Below are positions 41,823-55,480 of a stretch of 64,000 nt of DNA, in pieces. Numbering within the stretch: position 1 is the stretch's first letter; each line of letters starts with the position of its first letter. Position numbers and translations under genes: made by a program. Under the pieces are notes generated by a model. It was given only the letters and a program-made list of their open reading frames with translations. It did no database searches and was not told the origin of the DNA. The stretch comes from Octopus sinensis (lineage: Eukaryota): NCBI RefSeq assembly GCF_006345805.1, contig NC_043002.1, positions 2,108,001 to 2,172,000 of the forward strand. Direction: 5' to 3'.

Positions 41823-42041
41823 CGTTTTGTTCTCTTACTTTATTATCATCTTATAATCATCTCATAATAATCACATTTATGACTCGTATTACTACCTCAG
41901 TCAATCTAAATGTATAGATTTGTCGTTACCTGTCTTAAATAGCCTTTTTCTATTTGCAATATGTATTTTCGTTGATTTTTCATATTTTATCCTTACATTT
42001 CCACGTGTATTTGATATTTTCTTTTCGTAACATATTTCTAC

Positions 42042-42078
<37 letters not shown>

Positions 42079-42079
<1 letters not shown>

Positions 42080-42150
42080 GAGGCGCAATGGCCCAGTGGT
42101 TAAGGCAGCGGACTCGCGGTCATAGGATCGCGGTTTCGATTCCCAGACCG
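42079..42150 (+). mobile_element. SINE tRNA-like head (family B variant)
   Basis: GGAGGCGCAATGGCCCAGTGG...GGTTTCGATTCCCAGACC; matches the reverse complement of 46475-46543. Confidence 0.65.
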
Positions 42151-42228
42151 CTAAAGGCTAAAACAATGCGAAGTGCATTGTAACCAGCGATGTGTAGCAA
42201 CATCTGATAGCCTGGGCAGTCACGATGA

Positions 42229-42291
<63 letters not shown>

Positions 42292-42730
42292 TGAATATAT
42301 GTATGTATATATGTATGTTTGCACGTATGAATGCATGTGTGTATGTAAAATTTCAGAGTTGTCGTATAAGAAATAATATTAACGTGTTGCACATTTTACT
42401 TCCATCTAATTTCTTTTATGCAAAAACTTGTCAAATACAATTACAAACCAGGACAGCGCTGTTAAATGCACTCCTCTAAATAAACATTCATCAATATATA
42501 TATTTCAAGTATTCATATTTAACAAGTAATGCTCGTATTCGAAATTAAGAAAAGACAGAACTAATTAATTTTGTAAATAACTGTTTCTTTACATTCAACG
42601 CTGCCATAAATGTTTTCATTGATGTTTACTGGAATTCAGGTTGCGCGTGAAATTAGCTGCACGGAACGCATGCATCGGCAACATATAAGAAAATCTCTAA
42701 ATTGAAGATTATACCGTATATATATGTATG

Positions 42731-42857
<127 letters not shown>

Positions 42858-45800
42858 TCTATTACTATATTTATTCATATATGTATATACTATGTGTGTG
42901 TGTGTGTGTGTGTGTGTGAGTGTAACTGCTCATATAAATTTTCCTTTCCATGTAAGCAAATGCTTTATCTATGTGAGTGTGCATGTGTGTTTATACACAC
43001 AAACACATATACATAAACACACACACACACACACACATGCGTATACACGATATCATACAAGCCAGAGACATGTTAAGCATCGTGTAAAACGAGATCGATT
43101 TTGGCTTTAGAAGACAATTTTGTTCTTAATCTCTTCGTATAGAATGCGCTTAAAGTCTTCATTTAATTTCTCTGTTGACGAAACGAAATGATTAAATATC
43201 ATGCAACACTTATTTATCATAATAGACAGGATGGCAATATCCGCACGTCTGAAGAATTTTGATTAGAAAATGAAAAACGTTTTCAAATATAGTTCTTGTT
43301 TTGTATACTTGGAAGAATCAGCCGGCGAAACGGCTAAAGAAAATGTGGGAAGGGCGAGGTCAGTTAATGAGAGGAAACTCTGGCAACTGGGTTAGTCTGG
43401 CTTTAATATACGCGTTGTTTTTCAATCGTTATTGATTTCTGATTCTGCTCTGCAAGTTATAACGAAAATAATTGTTGTCATCTACAAGATATCTACGTTT
43501 GTCAAAAATGTATTTTAGCTCAAAGAGGAGACAGCAAATACTTTTGAAGAAGCTAAGAGAAATTAATGCTCTGACAAGAGACGAAGAGAAAGTTGTTAGC
43601 CCTAAATCGATAAAACGCTTTTAAGTAGAATGTGTACTAAGCTTTCCATTGGAGTTAACTTGAGTATATAACAGAAAATGTAACTCGGTTCTGCTCGAGT
43701 CTGTTCTAATGCTATCAGAGAATTAAGTTGGCGAACTAAAGATCCAATCAACCATATTAAATATTCCTGGTTATAAGATAAAAATTACTTTAGCAGAAAT
43801 TCCTATAAAATTATATTTGATATCGAATGGTTTAAAATGCTTTTTTGTTTTGCTATTGTTTATTTATAACATAAACATCGAAGAAATTCACAAAAGGTTC
43901 ATTGAATTTCACATTATCATTCTATTGACGGCTTTTAAAACCGATTATACTGACCAAAATCTTTGCATCTCGTTTCATATATTTAAAACTTCTGTAATGG
44001 AAACAGGTATAAATAGTCTCTGCTGATGGATTCGAACGAAACCTAAATATGTCTGTAACTGTCCCCATGTTCACAAAGATCAAACTTCACTTTAGTTCTT
44101 AATTTCTTGTAATTAGTTTCTCTCTTCTTGAACATTTCGATCAAAGAACAAACATATTTCACATTCACTCAATGTATTTTGAAGCAGACATACCAACATG
44201 TTCATTTTCTTTCGTTTTGCGAAATGTGTGAAACCTAAATTCGATTATTGCCTGCCGTAAATGATAGAATTGTTCTCCGAGGTTCAACCTGTACATTATC
44301 TTTCAAAAACAAAATTTAAATTTAAATTAACAGAAAAGTAGGGATATTTTATGAAAATATTCAATTAACTTAAGCTCTAAATAAAACAAAATGGACGTCA
44401 CATAAGGTAATGGCAAATGGTTAAAATGCTTAAGTGTTTTAATTAGTTAAGTGAAAAATAATAAATGTAGAAACTTTGATGAAGTGGGATGAAATGAACG
44501 AACTCATTCAGAATAGAAAATCGTTTGCATACGATTTGTGAGACAGAGAACAAGATGATGTATTTTAATAAGTTTCTTTTCTTTTTCCTGTATGGCTTCT
44601 TTGATGCATTGGAGTCGATGTGTGCTGGAGAAAAACAGAGATAATTGAGTAACGGAATGGGAACTAATCGAAATGTTTGATATTTCTATGAGTTTACGTT
44701 TTGATTTGGTTTGAACTGGTTGTGATGGGGAAGAAGCGACAGCTGATGAGTGGTCATTGAATTACTAGTTCGGAATAAAATATATATCAATGGTCACAAA
44801 GAGGTTATTAAAATCCTGCTCTCGCTGAGGCATCGGTCACGATGTGAGGTAAAGAAAAATAGAAACAAACATCCAACTTTACATAGACTTTGTCTTTCAA
44901 GTGTTATTGATTTCTGATTTTTGGTCTGAAATGTTCCAATACAATTGTCTTTGTGCGTCTGCAATTGCTGTAACTGAATAGCATTAATGAATTTCAATTG
45001 TTATGTCTGTAATTATGTACTGCAATATTATCAAGACAAACTTCTTATTATATTGTACTTCATGGCAGTAATTATACAATCAACATTACATTATCGCTTC
45101 GAGAATGTTGGAAAGACTGTGTTGAATGTTTTTCGCAATATTAGAATTAAAACAAAGGAATAATAAATTGGTGAAATATCATTAAAGACAAATGTAATAA
45201 TGGTACGCTTCAAATGATGCAAAATATTGGAGATAGCTGAATAAATTTATTCAACCTTATAAATGCAAAAGGTTTCAAGTATTGAATAAAATAATTTTAT
45301 GCTAAAGTAAATGGAAAGTTAATGTGAACGAAAAAAAAACCAGAAATATATCTAATTTTTTAGACAAAAACGAAAGTAGTTCACGAAAATTTAATTCTAA
45401 AATATTTCGTAAATAACAAATATTGATGGCAAAAGAAAAATGCAGAAGTGAACGAAGTTTCAAAGATAAAAAACGTGTTGATGCGTCATGACAACGTACT
45501 TAGGAGAGGAGATGAAGAAATTACTGAAAAGGCTTCTTATAACGGAATAAAGCAGGAATGGTTTGCACAGAGAAGAGAATATTTCAATCCTGGGTAAGAG
45601 GAATGAATTAGAGTTTTAACGACGAAATGAAACTAGTTTACGGCGAACTTTCATTAATCATTCATTTCATAAGAAGAGATTCTTGGATTTCTATGTTCTT
45701 TCTGTGTTCTTTCTGTGTTCTTTCAAATAATTCATAAATAAAGTGATGTAGATACGAGCAGCAGCCAAACACGTGACGCGCACTGTCCCTCCCCCAACCC

Positions 45801-46165
45801 AGTCTCAGTCATGATGACTAACAGTAGCTACAGGGGTACACACGTTTTTGGAAAGGACATTGAATTATATCCTATCATTTTCACATATTTCACAGACAAT
45901 TCTACAATAGAGTCCTGCAGTCACATGGGAGACGGTGTTACTGCTGCACATACTAAAAACCTTGAAATTCATTCAGAAAAATGTTACTCGACTGACTGGT
46001 AAGCAATCACTCGCCATCGAACTCCATAGCCCTGACTCTTAGATGCGATGTGTCCAACTCTCCACCTTTTCTACTTTTCTGCAAAAGGCGATAAAATGCA
46101 CAGCACATTCGTGAATATTTATTTACTTCAGGTCTGGATAAGTTCATGTTAACGGTTATTACTAC

Positions 46166-46543
46166 GGCACTCCGTCGGTTACGACGACGGAAATTCCACT
46201 TGATAAGATCAACGGAACAGCCTGCTCGTAAAATTAACGCGCAAGTGGCTGAGCACTCCGTAGACACGTGTACCCTTAACGTAGATCTCGGGGAGATTCA
46301 GCGTGAAACAGAGTGTGACAAAGCTGTCCCTTTGAAATACAGGTACAACAGAAACAAGAAGAAAGAGTGAGAAAAAGTTGTGGTGAAAGAGTACAGAGGG
46401 TTCGCCACCACCGCCTACCGGAGCCTCGTGGAGCTTTAGTTGTGTTTGCTCCAAAAAACACTCACAACACCCAGTCTGGGAGTCGAAACCATGGTCCTAT
46501 GACCGTGAGTTCGTTGCCCTAGACACTGAACCATTGCGCCTCC
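46166..46543 (-). mobile_element. tRNA-derived SINE family B
   Basis: Head plus the conserved body shared with 23541-23836. Confidence 0.8.
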
Positions 46544-47201
46544 ACTTGACGATTATGAGTCGATGCTGAATATAATTTCTGAGAGTAAAAATTCTAACTT
46601 TGTAGAACATTAATTGCTGCATTCATTAATTTAAATTTATTCGTGCAATGTAACAATAATTAACAGAAAATTAATTTAAACTGTTGCAACTACTTAATTT
46701 TAGAATTCAATTCTACATAAGAAAATAAACTGTGCTTTTAAGCCACAACATGAAAATACCTCCTTATACAATGAATACATTACGTTTACATTTAATTCTA
46801 AAGAAAAGGATGGAATATGGAGCGGATTTGTCACTTAGTACTGTAGGTTCCAAAATTCTGGCAAATGATTCAATGAAACTTGCTAAACAACACCTTCATT
46901 TGGATGCTTATTTCAGGCATCAGCGACCAAGTCTCAAACGACAGCGTGTTGGCATTAACGGAGCTTTCTGCGAAATGGTCAATGATATAGTTTGCTTCGG
47001 GGACGAATTTTAGGAGACGAATCTTCACACAATAGTATCGTCTGCTAGTAAGATTGTAAGACTTATTCTTGGACAAGCCAGCAGTAAAAGTTAAACGATA
47101 TCCAAAGTTATTTTCCAAAGTTACAGTATGCACACATGTAAGGAAGTTGTTAAAGAATATCAACGATTCAGTAATTAATAAACTCGTTTGTTTCTCCGCT
47201 T

Positions 47202-47285
47202 TTCTCTTTACAACTTGATCACGTGACTGTTCTCTTTACAACTTGATCACGTGACTGTTCTCTTTACAACTTGATCACGTGACTG
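47202..47285. repeat. Perfect 28-bp tandem repeat x3 (TTCTCTTTACAACTTGATCACGTGACTG)
   Basis: Direct reading. Confidence 0.95.
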
Positions 47286-47599
47286 ACATTGTTTTTTGAC
47301 CCCCAGCTACCTGTTCAACGAAAATATCAAAAGTGATTTACTGTTCTGTAAATGTCTGCCAACCTCATGGAAGTTGTTTATGTGTTTTCCCTGGACAATT
47401 GACTGGACTGGGAAATGTCTCGTTGATATCACCTTCAATGAGGTATTGTCTGTGCTACATTCAAAATCGCTATTTTAAACGTTAGTGAAATAAAGAGATC
47501 TCCAAGAAGAACGTGTTTGCATTGCTGTCCTTTGGCGAAAATGCAAGCAAACTCGGATGAAGTCGTAGCCACCAAATATATTCAAAAATCTTCAGTCGC

Positions 47600-47765
47600 A
47601 TATTGGTTCCAAGTTTAGGCAGAAGGCCAGGAATTTCAGGGATGGGGAGTTCGTCGATTACGTCGATCCCAGTGTTGTTATTTAACGGCCCCGAAAGGAT
47701 GAGAACATGATGGGGGACGACATGCCGCTAAGCATTTTTTCCGGCATGCTAACGATTCTGCTGTT
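47600..47765 (-). mobile_element. SINE family D, degenerate
   Basis: GTCGATTACGTCGATCCCAGTG...CCCCGAAAGGATGA...CCGCTAAGCATTTTTTCCGGCATGCTAACGATTCTG. Confidence 0.6.
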
Positions 47766-47959
47766 TTGAATCTTTTGTCACATATCAGTAGGAAACATTA
47801 GGATTTGTTAACGTGCATTCATGGATTTGTTTACTTATTGTCTTTTTTGTTTGGTTGCTTTATGTATATTTCGTTGGAATTTATCCTGTTTCATTTTTCT
47901 GGTCAATACATCTAAGCGTCTTGTGTTATCATCATAAATATTATTAGTTTTGTCCTTCT

Positions 47960-48135
47960 CACGGCGGCAATTTGGAAGAACCGTTAACACGCAGCGTTTC
48001 GTCCGTTTTCACGTTCGGTGTTCAAATCCGCCATCCTTTCGGAGGTCGAAAAAATAAGTACCAGTTGAGCATTGGGGTCGATGTAATCGGCTGTTACCCA
48101 AAATTGATCGCCTTGTACCAAAATTTGAAACCAAT
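47960..48135 (+). mobile_element. SINE family D
   Basis: GGCGGCAATTTGGAAGAACCGTTAACACGC...GTTCAAATCCGCC...CATCCTTTCGG.GGTCGA...TTGGGGTCGATGTAATCG. Confidence 0.65.
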
Positions 48136-48547
48136 ATTACTAATATTGTTGTTGACTTTGTTGTTGTTCTTGACGCTTTTATCATATTTTTGTTTCTCAG
48201 GAGGTAAGTATTTGGTTCACGTTTACAAGATTTCTACACCATTTCATGTTTTTTAAGTATTTGTTCCCTCATTCTAATCAGCAGAATATTTCGTCATTGA
48301 TCTTCTGATATCTTTGCATTTCTTCCGTTGCCAATTCCATTAGTATGTGACCATTTTATTATCAATACAACCAGACACCTAATTTGAATTTCTTCAAGTA
48401 AAGTCTATAAGCATCACATGTCTTAGAAAAGACAATGTGACTAACGCTATGGAACTTTAACATAACAGAGAGTCCACGAGATAGTAAGCCCATCGTAAAT
48501 TTGGCAATATTTTTCATTCTTGACACAGAATTAATTATGAGCATTCA

Positions 48548-48862
48548 GTCTTTTACGACGACGAGGTCCCAGCTGATACGATCAACGTAACAGCTTGCTC
48601 TTGAAATTAATGTGCAAGTGGCGGAGCACTCCACAGACCCGTGTACCCCTAATGTAGTTGTCAGGGAGATTCAGCGTGACACAGACTGTGACAAGGCTTG
48701 CCCCTTTGAAATACAGAGACTGCTCATTTTTGCCAGCTGACTGGACTGGAGCAACGTGAAATAAAGTGTCTTGCTCAGGGGCACAATGCATCACAGGGAA
48801 TTGAACTCACGTCCTTGCGATCGTGAGCCGAATGCGCTAACCACTCAGCCACGCGCCTTCAC
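48548..48862 (-). mobile_element. tRNA-derived SINE family B
   Basis: Minus strand reads GTGAAGGCGCGTGGCTGAGTGG...GAGTTCAATTCC...CTGAGCAAGACACTTTA, followed by the conserved body. Confidence 0.82.
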
Positions 48863-50244
48863 ACAGTATTAATACTTGTCACATCAATAACAAATGATTA
48901 TTTTAAGGGTTGCAAAAGTGACCTTAAAATATATGGAATTACAATGAGTCTGCAAATTGTTATGATGACAGTTTAAAGTCGTCAGCATCAATGTCATACG
49001 AATTCGGAGGTGGAGGGCATGCAGAAGTTCCGGCATCTAGAACTGCCACAGTCTGTAAATATGTCTACGACATTCTCACACTGTATTTACAAAGTTCGGC
49101 TTGGACATTCCTTTACGTGTATTGCGTTCTAACAGCGTTAGTAATAATCATTAAACAGCGATCAAATAATGACAAAGAAAAGCAGAAGCAAATTTAGAAA
49201 CTCAAAGAACGGAGGGAATAGTAAAAAAGGAAACCGAACTTAAGCAGATGAGAAATAATTCAAGCGGATTTCCTCTCGCCATTCCTTTTGTCTAACACTA
49301 GTCTGTAATGAATATTGATAAATGAAACCGGATGCAAATGACAATCGGCGTTCTTTAGACGGATGCTCTCAGCTGGATACCGCTGGTGATAAACAACTTG
49401 TTGCATAAAGTGCACGGATTCAGTGGGAAGTGGCGTGTAATTTGATTTAGAAAATACGGCAGAATCACCTTGAAGAGTGGAACATTAATAAAAATATGTC
49501 AGAAATATGTTCAGTAAAGATAAAAGAATTATATCAAAGGGAGATTTACAAATAGTACACATATTTGCAGTTTATGAGATCGACAGTATAATACACACAG
49601 ATAAAATGAAGGAAAATATCTATAAAGATTATTATTGATGCATCGTATTAATACTCGGAAAGATTTGAAAAAAGAAGCACGAACGCGCAGTAATTCACCG
49701 TGAAGTTATCTAACAGATATAAAGAAGTTTAGATAACATTTTACTTAACATCAAGGAACATTGTGAGGTAATGCATTGCTAAGCTAAAAGCTAACTTTTA
49801 AATTCGTGATATGTTGTCCTATAAAATATTTGCATTACCTGCACTCAATACGTCTGTACAAACTAGGAATGATAATAGTGTTTGCGAAGAAATCCTGAAA
49901 TTAAAAATAATGATGTCTTAAATTACGACTCAGAGCCAAAGCCTTTTCGTCAGATTTTAACAAAAGCATATAATGGAGCCTGTCTTTAAACAACGAAGAG
50001 CAGAGTGTATAGAGACTACGAGGAGACAAGGATATTAACACCGTGAGAGTAAATATCACAAGCAGAACTAACGACAGCTAACATAACTAATATAGCTTAT
50101 GATTATTTAAACATAAATGACAGAGTTGTGATTTTTTAATGGAAATCCTGCCGTAATTAGGAATTAGATGCAAAGAAAATAGATGTTATCTTTACTAATC
50201 AAAAAACATGCTCTCAGAAGGTTGGACAAGTTGGCGGCAGCACT

Positions 50245-50600
50245 TTGAGGCCTCGCCAGCCTGGTAGGGTCAAGAGGCACGTACCTGCGTCGGTGGTCGC
50301 TAGGTGGAAGAGAGCGACAAGAACTGCCCTTTCACACAACGTCCACATCCGATCAGCAAGACCCTACCCTAGAACTGAGCTTAAATCATTTGAAACAGAA
50401 GCCCGAGACCGTACCACGTTGTGTTGTTCCACCACCATCGAAGCCAAAAACTTCGAAGCTAACAAAAGAGGAAGGGAAGAAATCAAACGAGATGCAGAGA
50501 AAGGCTCGACAAACTTTACCATGCAGTCGATGCCGCCATCGACTCTCCTTTGCAAGAATCGGTCTACAGAGTCATCCACAGAATTGCCATAAAGGAAGCA
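50245..50600 (+). mobile_element. RTE-clade LINE 3' fragment
   Basis: RPRQPGRVKR...ETEARDR...AKNFEANKR, then (other frame) PCSRC...FARIGLQSH, resembling the RTE ORF C-terminal C2H2-like end. Confidence 0.6.
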
Positions 50601-51915
50601 TTCAGAAAAGAAGGAAATTAAATTCTCAGATACAAGATAAAGCCGACGACGATATTTATAGAAAACCCAGTTTGTCGCAAGGAAGACAGAAGATTCGTGT
50701 AAATAAGGGCGCCTTTCAAAGAAATGGCCAAACACAATTATGATTGTTCCGATTTAATTAGAGATCAACCCTTAAGAAATTCGATGCTCCAAGCAATTCC
50801 ACTCCAAACCATTTCTTGGTGGGGTGAAATGGATTTAGTTCTACACTGGATATCTAATCCCTTTCTAAAAACTGAAGATCCTTATGAGGAAGGACTTGGC
50901 TATTATTTCCTGTTTGCAAAACGAACATCAACAAACCTCTTCGTTGCCTCTTCCTAATTCTAATAAAAGTTTTGCTATTTATTTCTTTAAGCATATACTT
51001 TTTTTTATGTATGCTTTTTAAAACAAATCTGTGGATTATTTCTGTTTTAAATATCAACAATTCAGAAATACATCAATTGTTTTTCTCATTATCTAAAAAA
51101 GTGAGTTGCGTCACAAGATATATTTTTCATATGTGTCTATTCTTAGGACAATAAAACGTGCATTGTTGTACAGAAATATAGTCGCTTACATTTCAAATAG
51201 ACAAACATATTTGCATTTGTAATTATTTTCAATATATTGAAACACGTTATTTTAAGCTTTTTGAAAGTGAAAACTTTTCATTTTCATTGCTTTGGGAACT
51301 ATTGCAGCTATTTTAAGATATTCGTGTTGTTTGTCAATGATGTCAATACAGAAATATAATTATAAAGCCTTGGATTGAGAGTTCTTATTGCTGTTCATTA
51401 TTTTTATATCAAGTTATCTTTTATATTACTTTATTACGTAATATTTGATTATTATATCACACTGTGATGAAGATTTCTAAAAAGAATGAAATAGTGCGAT
51501 ACATGATTACCAACAACCAGACATTGTGCGATCTTTGTAAGAACTGAGCAAAATGGGAAATAATAAAGATTCTATGTATCTTTTTCCTCTTAATTAATTA
51601 ATTTCAATCCCAAATTTCTAATCCTTCCCCGTGTTGCGAGCGGATGTCTAGCACAACTGTAACGGGACTTGATGTGAGTTATCTCGCTTGTCTATGACTT
51701 CCAGGTTTTTTAACACCGGGCGAACTGATGAGAATATATTGTCTTACGCCTATAATCGCAGCCTGCCCACAAACTTACAAACCTTTAGATTTATTTATGC
51801 ACTTAACAAACAGCATTACTTCATAATAAATATCCATTACTTAGATCACTCTCCATTCAATAAAAGACAACAGCATTACACACTCTTGTTCGATAGCAGA
51901 AGAGAGTTAGTATAA

Positions 51916-51961
<46 letters not shown>

Positions 51962-52954
51962 GGCGTGTGCATACACGCAAACGCACACGCACGCACACAC
52001 ACGCACACACACACACTCAAGCACTTAAAGCAGGAATAAATCCATTAACTTCATCAAAATCTAAAAACAAAGTTTCCAAGTCAAGATTATAGAGAAGCTA
52101 CTTGGATCCCCAATAGATAGAAATGACATTTCTGTCTTAAATATCTTCTCTGAACACAAGAACAAACAAGCAATACAACGAGTTGAAATAAACAACTTTC
52201 AACAAATCAACGCAAATTGACAACAGATCAACCGCGGCCATTAATAAGTCAAACAGTAATAGAACAATATGACAGAGCAGGAATTATGACCAGTTTCCTA
52301 GGGTCAGATTAATGCCAGGACGCCTCGAAGTTAATGTAACATTTGTGTTAGACGCTGTTTTCTCGTAAGGTTATTCAGTAGAAAAAACAAACAAACGGAG
52401 CTCTAACTAAACAAGCAAATGTATGAATAACGAACAATAAAATCATCCTAGAAGCAAAAGCAGATCAACAGATGCGATGAATAAACATTACCACAAATAA
52501 TATAAAACAAACCATTACACTAAAAGAAAACATGTTCCCTGAGACAATTGAAAGATTAATAGCAGGATCTAGAAAGGAGATAAGCCTCCAAAAAGACAGA
52601 TGAGCCTTCCCGAAATATAGGAAGATAGCAGCATAGATATTACAAGAATAAATAAATAATCAACTCAAAGAAAATATCACTAAAACCAACATGTAAAAAA
52701 TATAAAGTGTTTACGAGAAAAAATAAAATGAAAGGCAAAAGGAAATTGAAAATGAAACGAATCTCATCGTAGCAGTGGTTAAAAGCGACAAACAACTAAA
52801 TGTCCGTCGACAATAAAAATTTACACTCGACTCCATCCGAAACAACAAACTGTAGAAAGGGAAATCACATTAGAACAGAATAATCCGATTTAGAATTGAC
52901 AAGAGAAACAATAAAGACGAAAGAAGAGACATTAATTTTATCAATAAACATGAC

Positions 52955-53340
52955 TAGCTCTGTCGTAAGAAGTTTGCTTCGCAACCCCATGGTTGTAGGC
53001 TCAGTCCCACTGTTTGGCACCCTGGTCTTCGGGCCGACCAAAGCCTTGTGAGTGCATTTGGTAGACGGAAACGGAAGGAAGCCAGTCGAGTATATGTGTG
53101 CGCGTGCGTGTATGTGTTTATCTTTGTGTCTCTGTTCTCCACTACTGTTTGACAACTGTTGTTAGTATTGTTTATGCTCCCGTTACTTAGCGGTTCGGGA
53201 AAAAGAGACCGATGGTATCTGTATTTAAAATACCAGTCTTTAAATAAAATAAAAATTAGGGTCGATTCCTTCGGCTAAATATTCTTCAAGTTGGTGCCTC
53301 AGCATGGCCGCAGTCTGGTGGCAAATAAAAGATAAAAGAG
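52955..53340 (+). mobile_element. SINE family A
   Basis: GGGCCGACCAAAGCCTTGTGAGT...CTTAGCGGTTCGG.AAAAGAGACCGAT...CAGCATGGCCGCAGTC. Confidence 0.75.
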
Positions 53341-55061
53341 CCACGGTCAAGAATAATGTCTGCCCAAGCTTCAGAGAAATAAAATTTAAAACAAATCGAA
53401 TGTAAGAAGGTACAACCAGAAATGTTCTCCTCCTCCGAGACAAAGAAAGACAGTAACTCCTGGGACGTTTTAATAACCTCAATGGGCATGTTTCAACAAA
53501 ATTGTGAGAAAGACTCACTTCAGTTGATCCTAGCATAACACAAAAACTCTTATTTGTGTTTATACTAGGAAAGATTATCGTTTATGAAATTGATTTCAGA
53601 ATACGAGGAAGACCTGACTTTACTTCGCTAAATGTGTAAAACTCTAATAGGAAGAAATTAAAATAAAAGTAAATTAAATAATCGGTTAAGATTAAAAGGA
53701 ATAAACTTTGGACATGAAAAGATTGACTAAAAAAATAAAGAAATCATTGTAAGACATCTTAGAAATAAGAACACATTTATAACAACTTTAAAACAACGGT
53801 AAAAAATTCATAAAAGAAGGACTGCTGCTGGGTAACACGGCAATGTCAACAGATTATGGAGGTTATTGGGAGAAAATATAAAAGAATATCATTGAGCTGA
53901 AAATTTTCAATGGATTAGAAGAGGAACCTTTCAGAGATAAAAGCCGACCAAAGTATAAGTGGAGAGAAACAGGGAAGCACGACAAAGACTGGGCAAAGCT
54001 TGTAATTGAAACAGAACTACTCTGACAGCATTTTATGGCAGAAATATCTAACATGTTTCCTTGAATATGTGGCAACAGTATTCATTGATTTAAACAGACC
54101 ATGATGAAGACCATATTAGTTATTAGAAGAGAAAACCATTTTAATTTCCAAATTCAAGATATCCTAATACTAAGGTGAAGAATTAAAAAAAAACTTTTGT
54201 TAACTACGCGAAAGTCCCTTAACTACGTGCAAATCCCTTACAATCTGGCGTCTCATCAAGAATTTAATAACAGAACGTAGAATGGCTACTGTAAAGGGAT
54301 GGGGTGTACAGAGCAGTTAATTGACCCAAGTAATTATTGAAAGTAGCAAGACAATCAATCCGTATCATGGTATACATTGATTACCAAAAAGTCTTTGAGA
54401 AGATTCCTCCCATTTTGTTTTGATTCGAAGTCACTGTCTGTGATTTATTCAACCCCAATTCTAAAGTTGTACAACAAAGCACAGCCAAAATAGAAGATAA
54501 CCATAACAGCGGGAGATTAAGAGAATATATTATTAACGTACCTAAGAGAAGTGGAATGTTTCAAGGATCTACTGATCTCCTTTATTCTACAGGTAATTTT
54601 GAAATATTAACAAACAATACGAATAAAGCCGGCAACAGGTGTAAATATTACGGATAAATTACGAGGAAAGATTTAAAATAGATTTAAACTCGTTCGAACC
54701 AAGGAAGAAGGAAAATTCCAAGTAAAAATTCTTCATGAATTTATCCGAAATAATGATATAATAGTATCTAAAGTGGTAAACTGATCGAAAAGCAAAATTA
54801 GATTCGGATACTTCAGATATTAATAGCAAACCCGGCCTTACAAATAAAGGGCAATAGATAAAAATTGATATAAAGAAAAGCAGAAAAAAATTAGAAAAAA
54901 GTGAACGGTAGAATGAGAGGAAAATTGAAACCTGAACTGAATTCTCGAAATAAATTAAAGGGGATAAACGTAGCCTTCTTCGCTTTGTTTGATACAAAAG
55001 GGTTCGTTGTAAAAAAGAAATAAACAACAATTCTTGTCATAAAATACAGCCAATATCTTCC

Positions 55062-55480
55062 AGCTTTTCATTTGTTTCAGTCTTTAGACTGCGGCCATGC
55101 TGGGACAACGACTTTGGAAATTTTTAGTCCAATGAATCAATCCCAGGACTTAATTTCTAAAGCCTAGGACACATTCTATCAGTTGTTTTGTCAAACCGCT
55201 AAGTTAACGGTTCATAAACACATCAACACAGGTTGTGAAGTGGTGGTGGGGTAAATCACAGACACAAAACACTCGCGCGCGCGCGTGTGTTTGTGTGTGT
55301 GTGTGTACATGCATGTATGTACGACGGTCTTCTTTCAGTTTCTGTCTACCAAATCCACTCGCAAGGCTCTGGTCGGCGCGAAGCTATAATAGCAGACAAT
55401 TGCTCGAGGTGCCACATAGTGGAACTGAACCCGGAACCATGTGGTTGAGAAGCAAGCTTCTTACCACACAGCCACGGCTG
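55062..55480 (-). mobile_element. SINE family A
   Basis: Reverse-complement match to the head (CTTACCACACAGCCAC) and tail (TTTGTTTCAGTC..GACTGCGGCCATGCTGG). Confidence 0.78.

Larger units (their letters stand above)
41511..41992. repeat. Inverted repeat, 213-bp arms (4 mismatches), 56-nt spacer, centred on U6 sequence
   Basis: 41511-41723 versus the reverse complement of 41780-41992, aligned by hand. Confidence 0.96.
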
